Source of the DNA: an uncultured Desulfospira sp.
Lineage (GTDB): Bacteria; Desulfobacterota; Desulfobacteria; Desulfobacterales; Desulfobacteraceae
Length of the DNA: 64,000 nucleotides
NCBI GenBank assembly: GCA_963663165.1
Contig: OY760175.1
Location: 6,432,001 to 6,496,000, forward strand
Reading direction: 5' to 3'
How positions within the stretch are numbered: position 1 is the stretch's first letter; every line of letters begins with the position of its first letter. Positions 59,213 to 64,000 of the stretch are shown piece after piece. The notes beneath the pieces were generated by a model. The model worked only from the letters and a program-made list of their open reading frames with translations. It searched no databases and was not told the DNA's origin. The translations under genes were made by a program, and so were the position numbers.

Positions 59213-62200
59213 ATGACATATAGTTTAAGACGGGCAGCAGGACAGATGCTTCTGATATACCTATGCCTTTATCTCAGTATTTTCCCGGGAGCGGCCTTTG
59301 CCAAACCCATCAAAGCGTCCAGTCTGACGGCCCCTGCATCCGGTACCTTGCCGGTTCTTTCATCCGGCCAGACCCAAAGCGGCTGGAGTACCTCCCAGGA
59401 TGACAGTACCCATTATCTTCAGGTGAATCAGACCAAGACCAAGGTGACCATTGAGTGGGATTCCTTTGATATCGGATCCAATGCATCTGTCCATTTTGAG
59501 CAGCCGTCATCGGGTACGGCTTTGAATCGGATTTATGACAGCAGCCCCAGTCAGATTTACGGCAAGCTGACAGCTACAGGCAATATTTATCTGATTAATC
59601 AGAACGGTATCGTGTTTGGTGAAGGGTCCAGGGTTAATGTGAATTCTCTGGTAGCCTCTGCCCTGAATATCAGCGACGAAGATTTTACGGATAGTGACGG
59701 AAATCTTTGGCATTTTACGGCTGAGAATTATCAGAACAGCTCAGGTTATGAATACTCAGGGGTTGGCGATGTGACCAATAACGGGACACTGGTTTCAGAC
59801 AGTGAGGGGCGTATTTTTCTTCTCGGGTCAACCGTAGTCAACTCGGGCACCATATCTGCCGAAGGGGGCTGGATTGTTCTTTCAGCCGGCACTGAGTTTG
59901 AAGTGACCAGTTCCGTCAATACTTCCGGGTACCTTATTGAGAATATCTCAACTGACTATTCAGGGGACGTGACCAATACTTCTGACGGGGAAATCCTGGG
60001 GGATAAAGGGGATATCGGTATCTACGGGAAAATTATCCGCCATAACGGGCTGATCCGGTCCCTGTCCACAGTGCGTGAGGGCGGTGAAGTCAAACTGGTG
60101 GCATCTAAGAAAATCACCACCGGTAAAAATTCATCCATTAATATGGGGGTTGAGGAACTGGATGATGAAGAATTGGTTGAAAATCCGTTTTCCGGCAGGG
60201 ATCTAACTTTTGAAAGTGCAGACGGTGATACTGGTATTCTGATTGCCCATTACGGAGATATCACCATGCCGTCCGGGGATGTAACCATGGATGCCGGTGA
60301 AGGGGGGCGGGTTTATCTTGGAGACGGTTCTACCATTGATGTTTCAGGGTCCTGGTCGACCAAGGAAATGGCAGAACTTGTTGCATCCATCCAGCTAAAC
60401 TCTATAGAACTTCGAGATGAATTTAATCAAAAAAACGGTAACCTGAAAGGAGAAACCGTTTATTACCTGCTCAATGAAGGGGTATCCATCGGCAATATTT
60501 CTGAAGCCCTTGAGAGCCGGATATTATCGGCTTTAGAAGAAAGCGCCCAGGGCGGTACGGTAACCTTGAGCGCCGGAACCGGTGATATCATTGTTGACGA
60601 AGGCGCTTCCATAGATATTTCCGGGGGCGGGGTTACTTACAATGGCGGCTGGGTTACCACCACCAAATTGGTGAGCAATGGTGTCGTATATGACATTTCA
60701 GAGGCTCCGGATAACCTGGAATATGATCAGGTGATCTATGATACGAAAAATTATCAGGAATATATCAATACCTTTAAAGAAGGGGAAGATGCAGGCTCTC
60801 TTTCCATCACTGCCCAACAGATTGTTTATGAAGGTTCTCTGGATGCTTCTGCTGTCCAGGGAACCTATCAAGTTAATGAAACAGACCCGACGGATGACTT
60901 AGGGTATACCACCTGTGTGGGAACGGTGATTCCAAGCGGTGGTACCCTGACCATTGGGGCGTCAGCTACCGCAACAGATGAATATTACATTTACAATGAT
61001 CCCGTGGTGCAAGCCATTGTGATCAAAGATACCACATCCGGGCTTGAGGATGATTTTGATCCAGAATCATCGGAGATCGATAGCTCCCGAAACGGAGAGA
61101 CCTGGTTGTCTGACGATCTGTTAAGTGATGCCGGATTGAGTAATGTCAACCTGTATGCCACCGCTTATGTGGTAACAGAGGCCGATACTGAAATCACTCT
61201 GACTGCCGGGGGGAGCCTTGATGCCATTGCCAGGCGGATTTATCACCAGGGCGGCATTTATGTGCCTTCCGGGGATGTCAGTTTTCTTACTGTCTCCAAT
61301 AAATCCTCTGACCAGTATCTGGATGGGAAAGAAAATCCAGATTATGTGAGTGAAGATGATCTGGGCGGGCCGGAACGGATCGAACTGGCTGCAGGAAGTA
61401 CTATTTCTGCGGCAGGGGAACAGGTGAACAACCATACCGCCGTTTCTAATAAGGATTATGAATCCTGCCAGAGTACTGCGTTGACCGACGGGGGCAGCAT
61501 CACCCTGACGGATAATACCAATTCGGGAGACGGCGTGGTGGTCCGAAAAGGGGCGAATCTGGATGTTTCCGGAGGGTATATTATCGGCGTGGATGAGGAT
61601 TTGGACGATGCCGGGGATGCCGGCCAGATCAGTCTTTTGGGGTCTGCCATTGTGTTGGAAGGAACATTAAGCGCCATTTCCATGTTGGGGCAGGAAGGCG
61701 GCACCATTTCCCTGACCGCTTATGACGTTACGGTCAAAAAATCGTATTCCTCATCAGCGTCAAGAGCGTTTTCGTGTGGCCAGGAATTGCCCGAAGCGTA
61801 TCAGTACAGCTTAATAGTGGATGATGATATTTTTGATGGCACCGGTTTCACCCACATCAGTTTGACTTCGTATTCAGATCTTACTGTGGAAAAAGGGGTG
61901 AATCTTGAGCCATCTGCCACAAAATGGGTTCTTCGTAATGGGACAATAGAGACCCAGGAGATAGCGGAAGATGATTTTTATCATATTGGTGATACTTCCA
62001 TTTCCCTTGTTGCCGGGGATGACTCAGGGTTCCCTGATATGTACAGTTTTGCAAATGAATTGACCTACGGCACCTTAACCATTGAAGAGAATACCCGTAT
62101 TACAGTGGGCCCCCAAGGCAGTATTTCTTTGTCTGGTGATTATGCCTATATCTCAGGAGTCTATACGGCGCCCGGCGGTGACATTGATGTGAGCGGCGGC

Positions 62201-64000
62201 CTGACTCTACTAATTCAAAGTGATGCTGCTTTTTACGCGACCGGATATAATCTGATGACCGGTTATTATCTCAATGAAGAGCCTGAATGGGATATCCTGG
62301 ATGCCGGAAAAATTTCCTTTGAATCCAGTAATGATTTGGTCATGGAAGATGGTGCCATTGTGGATGTGTCCAGTGCTGAATCGGTTACCCAATATCGGAC
62401 CGGAGACGACTATAGGCTGGTAGCCTATACGTCTGCGTCAAATCCCGGAAGTGTTATATTGGCCTTTATGAATGCCGAGGATGATCAGGGCAATTCGACA
62501 ATCAATGCGGACTTTATCGGGCAGAAAACGCTGGATACCCTTTCAGGGGCTTCGTTTACGATCAACCATACCGACACAGAAATGGCGGTTTCTTATTTTA
62601 CCCTGGAATCCGGACTTGTTGACATGCTGGAAAACAACGGATTTGAGACGTTAAATCTAACCTCCACTGGTGGAATATGCTTTGACGAGTCTCAAACCAT
62701 TACCATGGCCGAAGGGATTTTCATCGACACCCCCGTAATTTCAGGGTCAGACGATGCGGCTGTTGTTCTTGAATCTTCTTACGTGGCATTTGCCAATACA
62801 CACCAGTCCGAAGATGAGACAACTGATCAGGATACGGCCACGTTCGAGGTAAATGCTTCTTACATCAATATTTCCGGAGATATTAAGGCCATTGGCTTTT
62901 CAACTGTTTATCTGAATGCTGATTATGATATTGCTTTAAGCGATTATTATTATACAGGAACTGAAGATAACACCAGTTACTGGGCAGGTGGGTTTTCCGT
63001 GGATAACGATCTTTTCATGACCGCCGGAAGGATTTATCCGACCACCGCCTCCGATTTTACTCTTTCAGCGGGCGGCAATCTTTGGACTGAACACTCCGGT
63101 GCCACTGTATCAGATTATATTTCTTCAGCGTTGGGGTCCCTGACGCTGGAAGCCAGTAATATATATCACTACGGTTATATAGCCGCTCCGATGGGCAGCA
63201 TTTTTCTATCGGCGGACACGGATGAAGGCCGAGTGTACCTTTCTGATGACAGTGTTCTTAGCGTCCAGGGGACTTTATCTGTAAATTACGGGCAGATAGA
63301 TGAAGATAATCTCCAGTGGTACGGGTATGATGCGGATAAGAGCTCTTCCACCTATGATACATTGATTGAAGATGCCCCTGAACAGGCCATTAATATCCTG
63401 GCTGCGGAAATTATTGCCGAAGAAGGTTCAACCATAAATATTCAAGGCGGCGGTGAAATATACGGTTATACATTTGTAAGTTCGACTTCAGGGTCCATGG
63501 ATCCCCTTTCCGTAGACGGCCGGTACGTGATTTTGCCGTATTCAACAGCCACCGCTATCGGGTTGACCGGTACAGCGGTCTATCTGGAGGAAAACGATGT
63601 AACAAATGAAGGGGTATATATTATTGTATCGGATAATTACGCCTTTTTGGATGGTGCTTTGGTCATCGAATACCAGTCAGAAATGGCTGCGGATACCATT
63701 GTATCCTTGAGCGATGATTTGGATAGCGAAGTGGTGGGTTATCTGGGAAACGCCCTGACGGGAAGCTATTCTTCGGCCCCCCAGATCTATACGATCATGG
63801 AAGTTTCTGATCTCTTGGAAGAAGGTTCTTATGAGATTTCCTCTGTTGAGGCTGGTAGTGCGGGAAGCCTTTCGGCGATTGCAACGCAGACCAATATTTT
63901 GAGTGGACAGATTCTGGCCGACGCTGTTTCAGATGAATACATCGGGGGAACCCTGACCCTGGTCGGCCAGGAGGTCATTATCGGGGTCAGCACGGCAGTC
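59213..64000 (+). CDS. Giant filamentous-haemagglutinin-like TpsA exoprotein (partial, about 1596 codons in the window)
   Basis: Signal peptide; TPS domain IEWDSFDIG...ALNRI...YLINQNGIVFG; same frame reads at the window end and the ORF track lists no stop-terminated ORF here; IDVSG-type repeats; D/E-rich. Confidence 0.92.
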   Translation, partial: MTYSLRRAAGQMLLIYLCLYLSIFPGAAFAKPIKASSLTAPASGTLPVLSSGQTQSGWSTSQDDSTHYLQVNQTKTKVTIEWDSFDIGSNASVHFEQPSSGTALNRIYDSSPSQIYGKLTATGNIYLINQNGIVFGEGSRVNVNSLVASALNISDEDFTDSDGNLWHFTAENYQNSSGYEYSGVGDVTNNGTLVSDSEGRIFLLGSTVVNSGTISAEGGWIVLSAGTEFEVTSSVNTSGYLIENISTDYSGDVTNTSDGEILGDKGDIGIYGKIIRHNGLIRSLSTVREGGEVKLVASKKITTGKNSSINMGVEELDDEELVENPFSGRDLTFESADGDTGILIAHYGDITMPSGDVTMDAGEGGRVYLGDGSTIDVSGSWSTKEMAELVASIQLNSIELRDEFNQKNGNLKGETVYYLLNEGVSIGNISEALESRILSALEESAQGGTVTLSAGTGDIIVDEGASIDISGGGVTYNGGWVTTTKLVSNGVVYDISEAPDNLEYDQVIYDTKNYQEYINTFKEGEDAGSLSITAQQIVYEGSLDASAVQGTYQVNETDPTDDLGYTTCVGTVIPSGGTLTIGASATATDEYYIYNDPVVQAIVIKDTTSGLEDDFDPESSEIDSSRNGETWLSDDLLSDAGLSNVNLYATAYVVTEADTEITLTAGGSLDAIARRIYHQGGIYVPSGDVSFLTVSNKSSDQYLDGKENPDYVSEDDLGGPERIELAAGSTISAAGEQVNNHTAVSNKDYESCQSTALTDGGSITLTDNTNSGDGVVVRKGANLDVSGGYIIGVDEDLDDAGDAGQISLLGSAIVLEGTLSAISMLGQEGGTISLTAYDVTVKKSYSSSASRAFSCGQELPEAYQYSLIVDDDIFDGTGFTHISLTSYSDLTVEKGVNLEPSATKWVLRNGTIETQEIAEDDFYHIGDTSISLVAGDDSGFPDMYSFANELTYGTLTIEENTRITVGPQGSISLSGDYAYISGVYTAPGGDIDVSGGLTLLIQSDAAFYATGYNLMTGYYLNEEPEWDILDAGKISFESSNDLVMEDGAIVDVSSAESVTQYRTGDDYRLVAYTSASNPGSVILAFMNAEDDQGNSTINADFIGQKTLDTLSGASFTINHTDTEMAVSYFTLESGLVDMLENNGFETLNLTSTGGICFDESQTITMAEGIFIDTPVISGSDDAAVVLESSYVAFANTHQSEDETTDQDTATFEVNASYINISGDIKAIGFSTVYLNADYDIALSDYYYTGTEDNTSYWAGGFSVDNDLFMTAGRIYPTTASDFTLSAGGNLWTEHSGATVSDYISSALGSLTLEASNIYHYGYIAAPMGSIFLSADTDEGRVYLSDDSVLSVQGTLSVNYGQIDEDNLQWYGYDADKSSSTYDTLIEDAPEQAINILAAEIIAEEGSTINIQGGGEIYGYTFVSSTSGSMDPLSVDGRYVILPYSTATAIGLTGTAVYLEENDVTNEGVYIIVSDNYAFLDGALVIEYQSEMAADTIVSLSDDLDSEVVGYLGNALTGSYSSAPQIYTIMEVSDLLEEGSYEISSVEAGSAGSLSAIATQTNILSGQILADAVSDEYIGGTLTLVGQEVIIGVSTAV

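Overview
Chromosomal window that looks like a Desulfobacteraceae-type sulfate reducer (inferred from gene content and intergenic repeats). (1) 0.6-24.6 kb: a minus-strand signalling cluster (periplasmic binding protein, PAS histidine kinase, receiver-STAS protein, STAND/BTAD regulator). It is split by a ~16.8 kb island bounded by a duplicated 3' end of the kinase gene (68 bp identical core). The island holds a WYL regulator with a palindromic operator, a complete type I-E cas operon, a 111-repeat/110-spacer array and an IS91-like transposase stub, but no integrase. (2) 24.7-37.3 kb: yedF, a patch of gene remnants, an IlvD-family dehydratase, a decayed mandelate-racemase-family gene, Dus, a frameshifted acyl-CoA dehydrogenase with etfBA, and a eukaryote-type arginine kinase. 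(3) 37.5-52.3 kb: moxR/bat operon, DJ-1, gpsA, an EAL-CBS-GGDEF protein, an AAA/DUF4143 ATPase and an aminotransferase. (4) 52.8-64 kb: an operon led by a c-di-GMP-I (GEMM) riboswitch with an unusually long P3 loop, encoding a PEP-CTERM protein, a PstS/DING-like protein, two SlyD-like lipoproteins (one with a thioredoxin domain), TpsB and a giant acidic TpsA running off the window. Triple 11-bp-spaced Pho-box-like repeats precede both this operon and the nearby EAL-CBS-GGDEF gene, suggesting a linked phosphate-starvation/c-di-GMP surface system. All assignments come from reading the sequence by eye; no database searches were run.
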